Counted from the stretch's first letter, positions 13,143 through 27,014 are shown. The stretch: DNA of 64,000 nt from Octopus vulgaris (GCA_951406725.2 OX597825.1:3968001-4032000), one strand, 5' to 3'. Notes: generated by a model from the sequence alone, not told the origin. Numbers and translations: made by a program.

Positions 13143-13616
13143 CACGCAGTCATTCAAATATATGTAGGTGAGGAATAACATTCGTTCATGACTCACCAGC
13201 TAAGATGTGTAATCATACGTAATCCGAAATAACTTTATATTATTTGTTTATTTTCCTCTGAAACGTTGCTTGTGACGTTATCAAACTGTCTTAAAATGCG
13301 CTGAAACTGTAAGAAATCTATTTCGAACAATATAGTCGCGTTTTGTTTTCTTTTATATTTCCCTGTAGGAGTATTTATCCACATATTATTTTTGATCACG
13401 TTACGTATTACACTTTTAAACTGCTATAATTATTGAACCACATGTATTCATACATACTTATGAGTAATCGCACACATGCACACCTACAACACACAAACAC
13501 ACACACACAAAATGTGTGTGTGTATGTGTATGTATGTATATATATGTATATATATATATATGTATGTGTGTATGTATGTATATATATGTATATATATATA
13601 TGGGTGTGTATATATA

Positions 13617-13652
<36 letters not shown>

Positions 13653-13850
13653 TGTATGTATGTATATATATATAGATACATAGATATATAGATATATAGG
13701 TTTGCAAGACAAATAGCCCATATATACGTATGTTTCAGAGTGGCGTGTTGGCTGAGTATAGAACGGTAATAAAAATACATACATGCATACACACACATAT
13801 ATACACACACAAGACACACATACATACACATGTGTATGTATGCATGTAAG

Positions 13851-13902
<52 letters not shown>

Positions 13903-14001
13903 CATTTGATGAACTCTCCCGTCGTTAGACGACGTATGAGGATTCGGCAATTCCTTATCGAACAACCACACAGATGATATGTTCGTAGTGATCAAATATT
14001 T

Positions 14002-14210
14002 GTGTTCCCCATCAGATCACTCCCTGCATCAAATCCATATTACCTGTACAGGTACAATGGATACCACATGTCAGATGACAAAGTGATCGCAGAGGACCCT
14101 AAATTGATGTGCTTTGCTCTAGAACAAAAGCAACCCCCAGTGTAGGAATCGAACCCACGATCTTGCAACTCTGAGAGCAATACCGAAGCCAATGGGTCAT
14201 GCGCTTTCAC
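14002..14210 (-). mobile_element. Diverged tRNA-derived SINE, V-domain-like
   Basis: Minus strand: GCGCATGACCCATTGG...GTGGGTTCGATTCC (B box)...TTCTAGAGCAAAGCACATC. Confidence 0.65.
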
Positions 14211-14215
14211 ACAAG

Positions 14216-14257
<42 letters not shown>

Positions 14258-14295
14258 AATACGTACACACACACATACATATATATATGTACAAA

Positions 14296-14355
<60 letters not shown>

Positions 14356-14456
14356 TGCAAATCTTTGGAAGTTAGTCAGAAGTTTATTATTTAAATATAT
14401 ATGAGCATGTGTAGATATGCAAGTATATGCATGAAAATATATACATGAAACTTACA

Positions 14457-14593
14457 AATCTCCCCAAGGACTACGTTATGTGTATACCGGTCTGTGGAGT
14501 GCTCAAACACTTGCCCGTTAATTTCACAAACAAGCTGTTCCGTTGATCGCAGCAGCTGGGACCCTCACCGTCGTAACCGATGTAGTGCTCGTT
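14457..14593 (+). mobile_element. 3' part of SINE family D
   Basis: GCTGTTCCGTTGATC...CGTCGTAACCGA matches 51157-51205. Confidence 0.65.
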
Positions 14594-14609
14594 ATATATA
14601 TATATATAT

Positions 14610-14645
<36 letters not shown>

Positions 14646-14669
14646 GTGCGCATGTGTGCGTATATATAT

Positions 14670-15062
14670 TTTTTTACTCTTTCAATCATTAGTCTATGGC
14701 AATGCTGTGACGTCGGCTTGAAGAATTTTAGTGAAATGCATAGATTCTAGTTCCTATTTTTGTGTAAAACCTGCTAATTAGTCTGTCGGTTTCTTTTGCC
14801 GAGCCTATAATCTTGGGAGACTTAAACACACCAACAATAGTTCTAAGAGGTGAGAGGGGGGACACCGATGAAAAACAGACACACATATTGGTATTCAATA
14901 ATATATGCGACGTATTTCTCTCATTTTCTGTCTACCAAACCCATTAACAAGGATTTGGTTGGCTGGAGTCTGTAGTAGAACTCATTAGCTGAGTCTGACA
15001 CGCAGAGGAATTGAAACCGGAAGAAATATTTGCTGGGAAGCAAACTTCTCATGACTAACTGG
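14670..15062 (-). mobile_element. Diverged SINE family B
   Basis: Aligns with the copies at 18878-19436 and 44983-45390 (TGTCTACCAAA, GCTGGGAAGCAAACTTCT). Confidence 0.7.
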
Positions 15063-16937
15063 CTGACGGACTAGTGTGGTGGATAAACGATTAAGTAGAT
15101 TCAAATATGGTCGGATTTCTGAGTGGTTTAACAGATAATTAGACATTGTTGTAACATCAGCATTTGTTAGTTAAGTAGATATTGTTACAATATCAGCACA
15201 CGGCAAAATAGAAATGCTCTCTTTATGTGGCTCTTATGTGTGTACCTCAAGCCACAGAAGAATTGCTTGCTTGAAATGATCTTTATTCAAAAAGCAGTGT
15301 TTATACTCGAAGTTCTACATATGGGAAATTGCACAATTACATACGTATGTGACTTTCGTTTAGAGAACATTCACACGGTAACGAACCTCGTAAATTCCTA
15401 TGAAATATTTTGGTTTTGGTGATGTCCACTTCACGATAAATATTAACCATTACATTTGATATTACTTGCATGCCTTTTATTTCTACTCACTATATAACTG
15501 CACCTTGTGTCATCTGTTATTTTTTATATTGAATTGTTTTTATAGCATGGGCTAATCATTAAATCAATGTAGAGAACAGTAAAATATTCCTTGGTGAATC
15601 TGGAAATAAGAGGAATATTGGTTATATGATAATGAGATAAAAGTTCATTTTATATCCCGCAGTAACATTTTATGATACAATACTTTGATCAATATTCACT
15701 AGATTCTACTAATATTCCGGCAGTTCTCCGACAATGGAGAGGAAGGTCCTATAAATTGCCAATTAAACGTTTTTGTTCTTAACGATATTATTCTGGAGAA
15801 ATTGATAATAATCCCCTCAATGACGTGGTTATATTCCTCTGTATACTGACAATTAACGGATCAAATAGTAACATTTGAACCATCGACATCAAAGGCAAAG
15901 TAGAAATGTAACTTATTTCTGATGCATCTCCGTTTATTCCACATGATATGCACTTAGATGAACCTTTTCAGCTTTCCTAACAAAACCAGTACGGTATTAA
16001 AAAATGTTATTCACACTGTAAAGAACCATAATCTTACTGATTATAATTATTTTGCAACGTGTTAATATTAATGTCTTGAGATTTGAAAGAAATATATTAT
16101 GGGAAGCAATTACAAACTAATGAACACACATAACTTACTTTCTAATATGATATTCTAAGTTTCAGAAATGAGTTATGAATCAATGTCAGAACTAAACACA
16201 CATGTGATGAAATACTGAATAAACCTTATATCTTATATCTGCTGCTCTTGCAAAAGTTTAAGCTTACATAGGTTAAGAAAGATTTACAATGCCATTTACA
16301 TTCGCCAAAATAATATGTATATCTAAAGACGAAAAAAAATTATGTTTGCTTCAATATAAAGCTAAGACTTGCGAAATTGTCATTTCCATAAATTGTGAAT
16401 AATTCTTTATCGAGTTTCAAATAAGAAATAAATTATTGGTTTCTCTTCCTAAGACCAATTTTCGGATACGAAGCATACTTGCTGAAACAAAATTACAAAA
16501 AGTCATATTATGTGGTTTTTAATAGTAATACTAAGATATATTATTTAACAGTCATTTATTTCGCATTTGATTCATCTCCAGGTGAAGTAGTAAAGATATT
16601 CTGGGAATGTGTAGGCGACTAAAAATTTCAAAGAAATCGTATTGTTTATGTTCCTGCCTTCTTCTTTCTATAGTTTAGAGCTCTCAGTTATTATACAAAA
16701 AACACACACACACAAATAAAACATTGGTTAATACTGTACATGACGGTATAATCATTTGGCCATACTTCAGAATCGTAGAGTATTGTTTTCCGTGAAATAA
16801 GAACTATACCTTAGTGTTGTGTCCATGTACAAATATAAAGAAAATGGAGAAGGCAATATAATTATGTTATAAATTACAATACAGATATTTGTTCACTGAC
16901 TCATACATATATAAACATACGTACATACATACATATA

Positions 16938-17280
16938 TTTGATTTTGATTTTGATTTGATTTCGATTTTTCTAGTTTCAGCTAATGAGCTTTGGCCATGC
17001 TGGGGCACCGCCATTTGGTTTGCCACACGATTTTACCTCACGGATGCTTTTTAGCAAACGCCATCTGATGCATGAGAGAGTTCGATGCAGCTGCCCTCAT
17101 CTGCACCTCCTGCCGTGAAGTTGGTTCATCCGGGACACCTGACAGGAAGAGATCCAGTCCTACTTTAAAGACATCCGCATCCACACCATGCAGGTCCCTC
17201 AGGTTCTTCGGGAGGATATTGAAGAGCTGTGGGCCTCTGAAGCCCAGGCTATCACAATATCTTGTCCTACATCTTGATGG

Positions 17281-17281
<1 letters not shown>
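16938..17281 (-). mobile_element. 3' end of a CR1/L2-group LINE with an AATCA-like repeat tail
   Basis: Peptide SLGFRGPQLFNILPKNLRDLHGVDADVFKVGLDLFLSGVPDEP...KKHP* (stop at 17038-17040), a short 3' UTR and a tandem AAAATC/AAATC tail. Confidence 0.8.
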
Positions 17282-17325
<44 letters not shown>

Positions 17326-17384
17326 GCGTGTGTGTGTGTGTGTGTGCGTACGTATATATGTGTGTGTGTATATAGATATATATT

Positions 17385-17423
17385 CTAGCACTATGACCTG
17401 GCAACGCCGGGTCATAGTGCTAG
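17385..17423. repeat. Perfect 14-bp inverted repeat with a Helitron-type 3' terminus
   Basis: CTAGCACTATGACC-TGGCAACGCCG-GGTCATAGTGCTAG. The inner GGC-AAC-GCC hairpin plus terminal CTAG matches the Helitron end at 27109-27140. Confidence 0.8.
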
Positions 17424-18800
17424 TTTTGTGCAAAATCATCTTCTTTGTTTTCGAAATTATGTTCACCTTTCTATCGCATATGTTTTTTAATGCGTTTGAC
17501 TGAGCCTCTGCAGATTGTGAGCCCACCCAGAGGTGCAGCTGCACTGGTTAATTAATTATCGAAAATTTGGCGGGTTTGCTGAAGATGAAGGTGGCGCATG
17601 TTAGAAAATCGATAAAGACCACCAGGAAAGCAAACCTTCACCAACAAAATGAAATGAATAATCAGGGCTGACAAAGTTTTCAAATTTCCTAGCGAGCAGG
17701 AAAAAGTGACTGGAAATTAATTAGCATCTCAATTCTCACTCGTATCTCAAAATAGAAAAGCATGAAGTTTCACTTAAGAAAATCTTTGTATCTTACATCA
17801 ATCGAACCTCAACTTAGGGCTTAAAGAAAAGTTTGCAGTCAATTCAAATGTGGAAACCCACAAGGAATAGTTTTATTGATTTTCCACTGATTGATTGGCA
17901 ATTTTGGTAGACTCGAATCAAATTAAGATTTCTTGCACCAAAAGGATCACCCTGATAACCCTATGACCCTACTGAGTGGGTAGCAAATGATTCGATCTGA
18001 GGATGAATGCAAACAAGTAAAAGTGTTTTTATCATGAAAATCCCTTGTGGCGGGGTGTCAACTTAGAAATTTTTCATTTTTAATCCTACTAGAATAAAAC
18101 ATCCTGGGTTATCTCGCTGGTTAACTTAAATCAACTGAAAGCATAAAAGTAAAGCCCTTCCTAAGTAAATTCATTGAATAGGCTCAAAATCTTTTATCGC
18201 ATACTTAAGGAATGTTAGCATATCAAGCATATTTGGTCTTTCATGAAAATCCCGATCTCTTGTCATTCACTTCGTCTGACTCGTTAATTATTCCTTGCAT
18301 TTCTCAAATCAAAAAAAGCGCGCACGTTTGAAAGCCAACTCACATGATAACGCGTCTTCGCAAAACGCAAAAATGCGCTGAGTCATACAGACCGTCTGCA
18401 AATGCGCTCGCGCATTCAACTGTCAAGTGTAAAATTCTGTCAGTCCAATTAAAAAACAGCTGGCAGTGTATTGGCGTATCTAGCTGTGCGCACGCACCGC
18501 ATACAAATTGGTGTTTTAGCGATTTTGAATGGATATGCCCATAACTTAGGGGCATAAGGGGTCGGTTTCTCGATTTTTTCAATGGGTTTCTGGGAAGACT
18601 AGGGAAATGAAAATATCTTCACGATTACCCTCATACAGTTTTGAAAGCCCACAGGAAAAACTGTGGATGGAGATTCGTGACCGATTGAACTTGTGTAAAC
18701 TGTATGCAGTTTGTAGCAATAGCTGCTAATTATTTGCACGTGCGATTGCTTCAAATCGCATTTGAAATCGTCAGCTTTGCTTAAAAATAATACATATCTG
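17424..18800 (-). mobile_element. Putative body of a non-autonomous Helitron
   Basis: CpG-richer, microsatellite-free block that starts right at the CTAG hairpin. No 5' TC end was identified, so the right boundary is approximate. Confidence 0.35.
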
Positions 18801-18877
18801 TTTTTATTCCTTCCATTTTAAGAATCGCCTTCACATGTCATAGATTAAGTAATGTTGTTACAATGTTTCTCGTACGC

Positions 18878-19096
18878 TTTTACTTGTTTCAGTCATTTCA
18901 CTACGATCATACTGGAGCAGAGCCTTGAATGGTTTCAGTCACAAAAATCTAGCCCAGGGCTTATGTCTTTCAGTCAAGTACATATTCTATCCTCCAGTTT
19001 TGCCGAACGGCTATGTTTGGTAGCTTAAACAATCTTACACTGTCAGGCAGTGATAGGTGGGTGGGGACAAAACAGACACCATACACACACAGATAA

Positions 19097-19180
<84 letters not shown>

Positions 19181-19239
19181 CTATGCGGGCGTATATATAC
19201 ATATATATGCATATATATATGCATATATCTATCTATATA

Positions 19240-19286
<47 letters not shown>

Positions 19287-19436
19287 GGCTTTCCGTTTCC
19301 CTCTACAAAATGCACTCACCAGAATTTAGTTGGTCCGAGGCTATAATAGGGGTCACCAGCCCAGTGTGCACGCGGTAGGACTGAATCCCGAACAACGTGA
19401 TAGGAAAACAAGCTTCTTACCATTCAGCCAAACCTG
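18878..19436 (-). mobile_element. SINE family B, full length, with expanded internal (TA)n
   Basis: Tail TTTTACTTGTTTCAGTCATT...CTGGAGCA, body TTTGCCGAACGGCTA, head GGACTGAATCCCGAAC...AAGCTTCTTACCA. Confidence 0.8.
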
Positions 19437-20519
19437 AACTTTTCATATATTTTCTGTAGCCCGTCAGTACACCGAAAAGGCAATCTATGGGAGAGTTTAC
19501 CCTGAACTGTACGGATATACAATGTGAATAAACACGTTGAAATCTGCCGGAACGTCTTAAGTAGGTGTACGCATATATTTGTTTCGATACCCGCTGTTTC
19601 ACGCGCTCGGAACGAAGCATTCATTACACGCTTCTCGCACAAAAAAGAAATATGCAGCCAAGTATTAATTGAAGTCTGCAAGAATGCTTGTAGTTCAAAC
19701 TGTGTTTGTAAAGTTAGGACAGAGCGAATGAAAAATTTGTGTTACTGCCAATATTTAACAGGAATTCGTTTTCATGACCATACCAATTCTATTATGCCCA
19801 TATAACATTCCACATATACAGAGAATTCCTTCAATATGCAATTCTAGGTAATTTGAACCCCTGTGAGTTTTATGCTATTATCTATCATAAACTTTGGTCT
19901 GTTCTTATTAATTTAAATATAAAACAAAGTAACAGTATAACTCTATAACAGTATTTTACCTACCACAAAATTTGTAACAATTTCTGAAAGCATTATACTT
20001 GGCAAAGCTCATAAAGTACAGCAAAGAACACCGATTATTCATGTACGTCTTATCCTATCACACTCATTCTTTTCTTTTTTCCTATTCATTTTTCATTTTA
20101 TAAACGATTTTGTGTTCGTTTTTGTGCGCAATGTGTACACACACATTCGTGAAGTTTTTCTCCATCTACGCAATATCATCACGTGGTAAGTAGTAAATAA
20201 CAATGTATTCAGGTTATAAATAATCTTACTCGAGACTATATTCTATAGTCACTCGATCTCTGTGTATTTATCTGTATATACATTAATATGAGTATCCAGC
20301 ATACGTCCAAACACCATACCACGAGCCACGTTACCTGGATATATTGCACCTTGAAATCTGTTTTAGCTATTACTAGCGACAGCTGAAGTCCTTCAGATGT
20401 ACGTCGGTGCTGAAACGAACCATCATTTTCAAATACTGCACTTCTTTTTCTTTTCTTTGATACTGTCTTTTTCAGTTTGTAGAATTATACAATTCTATAT
20501 GTAAGAGATGAGGAATTAT

Positions 20520-20802
20520 GTACATTATTTACAATTGATGGATATTTGTCCTCATCTTGTTTGTTGTTAACACAACTTTTCGGCTATTATACCCTCCAGT
20601 CTTCATCAGGTGTCTTGGGTAAATTGCGAACCCTGTTTCGAACTTTCCCCAAGACACCTACTGAAGGCTGGAGGGTATATCAGCCGAAATTTCCCCAAGA
20701 TACTTGATGAGGATTGGAGGGTATATCAGCCGAAAGGTTGTGTTAACAACAAACAAGATGAGGACAAATATCCGTCAAATGCATTTAATGTAAATAATAT
20801 GT
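20520..20802. mobile_element. Penelope-like terminal fold-back with three degenerate minimal hammerhead motifs
   Basis: Inverted arms of about 100 bp. The minus arm reads GACAC-CTGATGA-AGACTG..TAGCC-GAAAAGTT-GTGTT. The plus arm has a 46-bp tandem duplication of the same motif (20644-20689 and 20690-20747). Confidence 0.7.
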
Positions 20803-21208
20803 GAAATTATAATTTTCTATAATACATCAGGCATAAACGTTCTCTGCAGAAACCCTTATATAATGTAATTCAGTCGCAATATATTAAGCAAATAACCACA
20901 AACTATATACAGTAGTCCAGTTCTACATAATCTTTTTATTTGCATTCAGCCATTTTAATACAATGCACTACTAGGTGCCGAGTGATAAAAACTACTGATC
21001 GAGTTAGACAGTACGGAAACGACGAAAATAGGCAACATCATGAAATAGCAGTAACAATTAGGAAAATTCATATTTATTCATATATATATATATATATATA
21101 TACGTAAAATACTTGTTTTATTTATATTCCTGAGCGCCATACTAATACAATTGTTTGTTTGTATTCCACCTGCCTTCGTCTTTTGTTTATTTTCATAAAG
21201 CTTCCTGT

Positions 21209-21240
<32 letters not shown>

Positions 21241-21367
21241 TGTGTTTCAGGTCGGTCGTTTTATTTTCTTTTGCCAAATGATCACACACACTATGTTTTT
21301 GTTTTTCTTCACTCGTTTATTACTGTTCGCATTTTATTATATATATTTTTTCTTAACGCATCTCCAT

Positions 21368-21535
21368 TGTCCGGTAATCTTTCGTCACACACCTGTGACA
21401 TCTTCAGCGACGCTTCCGCGTGTGTTCTTGTTCCACTTACTCCATTCTGTTTTTTTAACATACGTATGTTTATGTGCGCATCCAGGAAGGAAACGTGTCG
21501 CAGAATAGGTTACGAATGTATGACGAAAGATTTCC

Positions 21536-21540
<5 letters not shown>
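21368..21540. mobile_element. Penelope-like terminal fold-back with a hammerhead-like core
   Basis: Minus strand of 21368-21413: GTCG-CTGAAGA-TGTCACAGGTGTGTGAC-GAAAGATTACCGGACA. A degenerate inverted mate lies at 21494-21540. Confidence 0.55.
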
Positions 21541-21591
<51 letters not shown>

Positions 21592-22688
21592 ATATACGTA
21601 CATACATACATGGACACGCATACATGGACTTATTAACACACGAACACACTCCTGCGTATGTATAGTGCTTGCGTGTTTGTGATTAACTTGTGCTCCCTCT
21701 GAAACTTTAACCAGTTACAAAATAAATCTTAGCGTTATAAAATGAGCGCAATATATAATATATTCCATGATTAAGATGCGTGAAGAAAAATAAAAGAAAG
21801 GCACGGTGCTCCACGACGGCTGCTCTCTAATTATTGAAACCCGGAAAACAATCTACGCAGAAAGAAATTGTGATTTGTCATATACGTCATTTAATAATTC
21901 GAGGTATTACTGTTCCAGTAACTCTGTAAGAACTCTATGAGGCATAACCAATCCTTTTGCGCTCTATGAATCACCGGAGACTGATACCACCCGGTTGGGA
22001 AATAATTCTGTCACTGGCATTCAGCTTATTTAAATGCACTTAGATGGCTAATCAAATAGATACGCCGTTAATTTACACAGTTCATAATTCACATTAGATT
22101 TTTATTAATCACGTAACATTAACTATCTCACCTGGTACTTATCAAATCACTTTACACTGTATGCACACATTTTAATGCATAGAGTAATTCTTCATTTCAG
22201 TGACACGCATGATCTCTCATACCATTTAACAATACGATCTTGTTGAGAATAATTATATCGCTTAATGTAACGTGATATTTACTCTGCTAATACATATTTC
22301 CCGTGTTTCATAATGCGGATTGTTTCTATCCTGTTTTCTGTATTCTCTCCTATGTTTGCAGTGTGAAGAATTGTCTTTACTTAGACCGACATTATTCTAA
22401 ATACATACTTTATTAATTCTCTGACGAATCGCTGTCAGATTTGGACTAACTTAACTATAGCTTAATAAACGTTTAACTCAGCAATTTCTGATATTCCATC
22501 CATCCTGTTCCATAAGTGCCGCCTATCATCCGACTGCAGATTAGACTCAAGTTTGACAAACGAAATATACCTCACCATATGATGTTTAAAGACGTCTGAA
22601 AACAATTATGGTTTTTCAGTCTTGTCTGCTGCATTTCAGGTTAAGTAATCATAAAAATGTTGAATGGCAATTTTCATATTTCACAACG

Positions 22689-22735
<47 letters not shown>

Positions 22736-24312
22736 CGTATTTCACACAGGTTATATATATATAAAGTGAGATATCATCGTTGCTCATGGAGTAGTCAATT
22801 TCAGCAGACTGCAAGAACTCCTTGTGAACGATTGAAAGGTGAGATAAACATAAAAATCTTGAAACAAGGCCCAAACATGTGGAAATTTAGATTGACAAAT
22901 CTGTCAGTGGTTATTGGTATTTTAAGGATAATATACATGCTATCAGGAAATCAATGATCAAATGAGGAAAGAACTTAAATGTATCAGTATATACGGTCAC
23001 AGACAGCATCCTGATAGAACACTTCTTAGAGATATATTGAAATATCAAATTATTTCAAGGTCGTTTGTTTATGACAAGCATTTAAATTAAACTCGTTTCC
23101 CAGTATTTCGCTTTCTTGCTCAAGTTAACCACAGACTAAAATCTTTCTGTGAGTGACTTTAGAAGCAGCTCGTATAAAACAGACTAGCAGCAAAGAAAAC
23201 GTTTTGATGAGTATAACGATGATGATGATGAAGAGGGTAAAGATAACGAGAATGAACATAATCAGGATAATGATGATGGCGATGGTAATAATAACGATAA
23301 TCTGCAAGAAGAGATGTAATTTTTAAAGAGTAATTGTGTTAGAGAATTACAGATACGCATGGCACGTTAAAGAGCAGGCATCTGTTAAGCAACATTTGCG
23401 AAAATATACAGTAACGATATTTTACCGAACTTATCATTCCTGAGAATTATAATGAAGCGCTTACCATATTTGTTTTTTCCCCCAGTTTTTTCTTTTATTT
23501 TGATCTGTTCGTTTATTAACGGATTGTTTCTGTTACGAAACAGATAATATTATCATACGTGAGCAGTATTTTCCCCAAGTAGCTCTATTTCGCAGTTGTT
23601 TGTTGATAACATGTTATTTTACCATTCCGAAATTAACAAAATGTACGCAGGTTTGTACTTTTTTATCAACAACTTGTAATTTATACATTCTATATATCAG
23701 TATGTTAATATAAAATGTATATGCAGAAAAAACCCAAAGGAAAACAAATACTGACACTCAGAAAATGCGTCCAGACATACACGCAAGCTAAAACACAACA
23801 TAACGCATGGCTTGTACGTCAGATCGAATGATCGTAAGAATGAGTAGAGAATTTTAATAAACAGATGCAGATTTAGTTACATGCATCTAGAGTATCTGTT
23901 CGATACCGACCGATATAAGCTTTCCATTAATCATTTATGGTTGGTGTAACACAGTATTCATTAATTACTAGTATTAGATTTTATAAATTTACAAAAGTTC
24001 TCTATAAATTAATGAGTTTGAAAGATATGTGAAACATGCAAATCTACATTTCTCTGAACAGTGAACTGTGGTGTGCTATCATTTAGTATACGAAATGATG
24101 GAATAATTGTCTGCGGTTGTGAACAAAACTAGTTGTGATATGTTCTGCCCCTTCTTTCAAATTATTTCTTGGTTTAAACGCTCCTCAATCTGTGATCCTT
24201 ATCTGCTAACCCTGAATAACGTGCACGCACGCACACACACACATACACACACAAGAATTTTATATATATATTTATACATGAGTAGCGAGTGGCGATTTTC
24301 ATCACTATTTTA

Positions 24313-24716
24313 GGGAGTGACGAACCTGCCTGATACGAGTCCCCAGCGCAGGTGGCTCCGGCTGACAGTACCCGGTATGGGACCCTATCCAGTGTTACGG
24401 AAAGCACACAACCTTCAAAGAAATCCGTAGTGGGCCGACTCCACTACGGATTTCTTTGGAGCCCCGTAGGCGATTTTAGTGTTCGAATCGACACTCTTTC
24501 GGCAGCTCCTACAACCAAGATGGTGCCAAACGTAATATTCTGCCCTCCTTGGAACTACGTCAGCAAGGTCGAGAGAGGGATCTCGACGATTGGACTACCC
24601 AGGATTGACTTATTTCTAGCCCAGGCCTGCACAAACTGGAGAGGAAAGTTCGACTTGCATCTCCAGATACGCAATTCCAATGTATCCCGAGACAAAAGGA
24701 TATCAATAACCGCAAA
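24313..24716 (+). other. GC-rich island with several hairpins, probably a retroelement remnant
   Basis: Much more GC-rich than its flanks and bounded by AT-rich simple repeats; contains a perfect 18-bp stem at 24416-24458. Confidence 0.45.
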
Positions 24717-24903
24717 TATAATATTATATATATTCTATATAATATCGTATATATGACATATATCATATTATTTATCTACCTAACTCTCTATTCATCCCTG
24801 TCTGTCTGTGTGTATGTCTGTCTGTATCTCTCTCTCTCTACACACACACACATACAATATATATTATTTAATTGAAAGCCACACACCCATTTCCAAGTAT
24901 ATA

Positions 24904-24967
<64 letters not shown>

Positions 24968-26741
24968 TACATACATACATACATACATACATACACAGTT
25001 AGATAGGCTTTTTTGATAGTTATATATATATATTACAAATTAGGGCGTAGCAATAGGGATTTAAATTTTGTGCTATCCACGTGACTCTCACAAACCATGA
25101 ATTTGTTTGCCTCACCGATTACTTTTATCTTCTCCCAATTTCATTATTTGTTAAATTTAATAATACTCAAATGTAAATGAAAATAATATCCTAAGTTGTT
25201 TTCTTTGCATCCAATAAATAACACTCTACTTAGAGATAGAAAAATGGTTCTAGACATCTTTTCAATAATATCCTATATTTTATGGTTATTTACCTACATC
25301 ATATATATTGATAGAAAACGATGGATGTGTTTATAAAAGACGGGAACGAGACGACATTTCTGTTTTCTTTTCCCTAAGGTACTTAACGTTGAAAACAACC
25401 ATTTAATATATTCTATAGTTTAAGCTATAAATCGGTTAAGACTTGGGAATTTGCTATCAGTGGATATGTTTTCTGTTCATTAACCGACATAAAATGGGTA
25501 TTTGTATATCAAGATCCTAATACATGGATATAATAAACACGGTTGCATTTCCAAATGCATTTCTGTGTCGTGTCTCCTAGAACGTTCACATGTTAGTGAG
25601 ATGAATGGCGATCGATTTTACAGCTTACACAGCTGTAACCATAAGCAGTAAATCTATTTTAATATAACAAGCTCTCAGTGAGGATTATTTTCAACACAAG
25701 AGAAGATTTATTAATACATATCTTTCCCTCTTAAATAAAATTATAATCCATATGACGCTGTGCACCGTTACGGTCGACTCAATTTTGATTGAGGTTTATT
25801 ACATGCCTACCCACTGGAAAAGCATGAAACAATAAACTTCCAAATATATTGAAAGTTATTCACATTATAATAAATCAATAATCCATGTGAGATTATATGA
25901 TATCGAGTAAGCAGCCTATATGTCTTCATGAACATAACATTAATATATGGTCTTGTGTTGCCACGGAAATCCTCATATAACCACTGCCCCTCTGCTCCTT
26001 TCTGTATTTGCATTTGTATTGCGTCATAAGTTCATGAAGTAAGATCATATGCAGTTTTTTTCTGTCCATGAAAATAATTTGAAAATTTCCATTCATGTTT
26101 ACTTTACTGATTGAATTTCCTCCTAGAATTATATTTCAAATGAATATACCTTGTGTGAAATTTCGACAAAAATTAACTCGCTTAAAGAAATTCTGTTGGG
26201 CCCTAGAGATATGCGTATGCTTGCTTATCCGGAGTATATGCACCTTGGAAATACATTTTATACACTCTTGGTTAGGTATAAAATGTTTTGCCCATATGTT
26301 TGACCATTTAGAGCTGCTATAGATTCTTATCCCACGGGAATTCTAGCTTTGTATAACTTGTCATAGACACATTCTGTATTTTCCAGCCACTTCATAAGAG
26401 ACAGATTTCCTAACATAAACTCTCCGGAGAGGTAGATTTGTGACTAGGTATGATTTAGGTCACCTCTTTTATACCTTGTATCAATAATTGTCTCATATTC
26501 TTGAGATTTGAATTATCTTACAATGCTTATGGATATTTATTGAGGCAACACAATTCACGTAATCTATGTTTTTTCAATAGCAGATGTGACGATCCTGTGA
26601 AATTCCTGTCAAATATATACTTTAGATAACTCTGTTATTTAAAGTAGGATTAACTATTTTTGATATTTCTTGTTAATATTATGCGTATTCAGAGAGAGAG
26701 GGAGAGCCAAAGACAGAGAGAGATCGAGAGAGTTTGGTGTA

Positions 26742-26809
<68 letters not shown>

Positions 26810-26951
26810 TGTTAATGAAGAGGAAGTGGACATTTATTCACATCAAAAAAATCACATATAACACTGCAATATGATTTGACAACCAATATCATAACAGATA
26901 ATACGCGTATCCAACTGGATGATGCATTCATTTATAAAATGGCATAATTTG

Positions 26952-26991
<40 letters not shown>

Positions 26992-27014
26992 TATATGATA
27001 TATATATAAATAAA

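Noticed and set aside
24328-24384. CTGATACGAGTCCC...GGGAC resembling a hammerhead core with stem II
   Set aside because: The core has a 2-nt insertion and no GAAA follows GGGAC.
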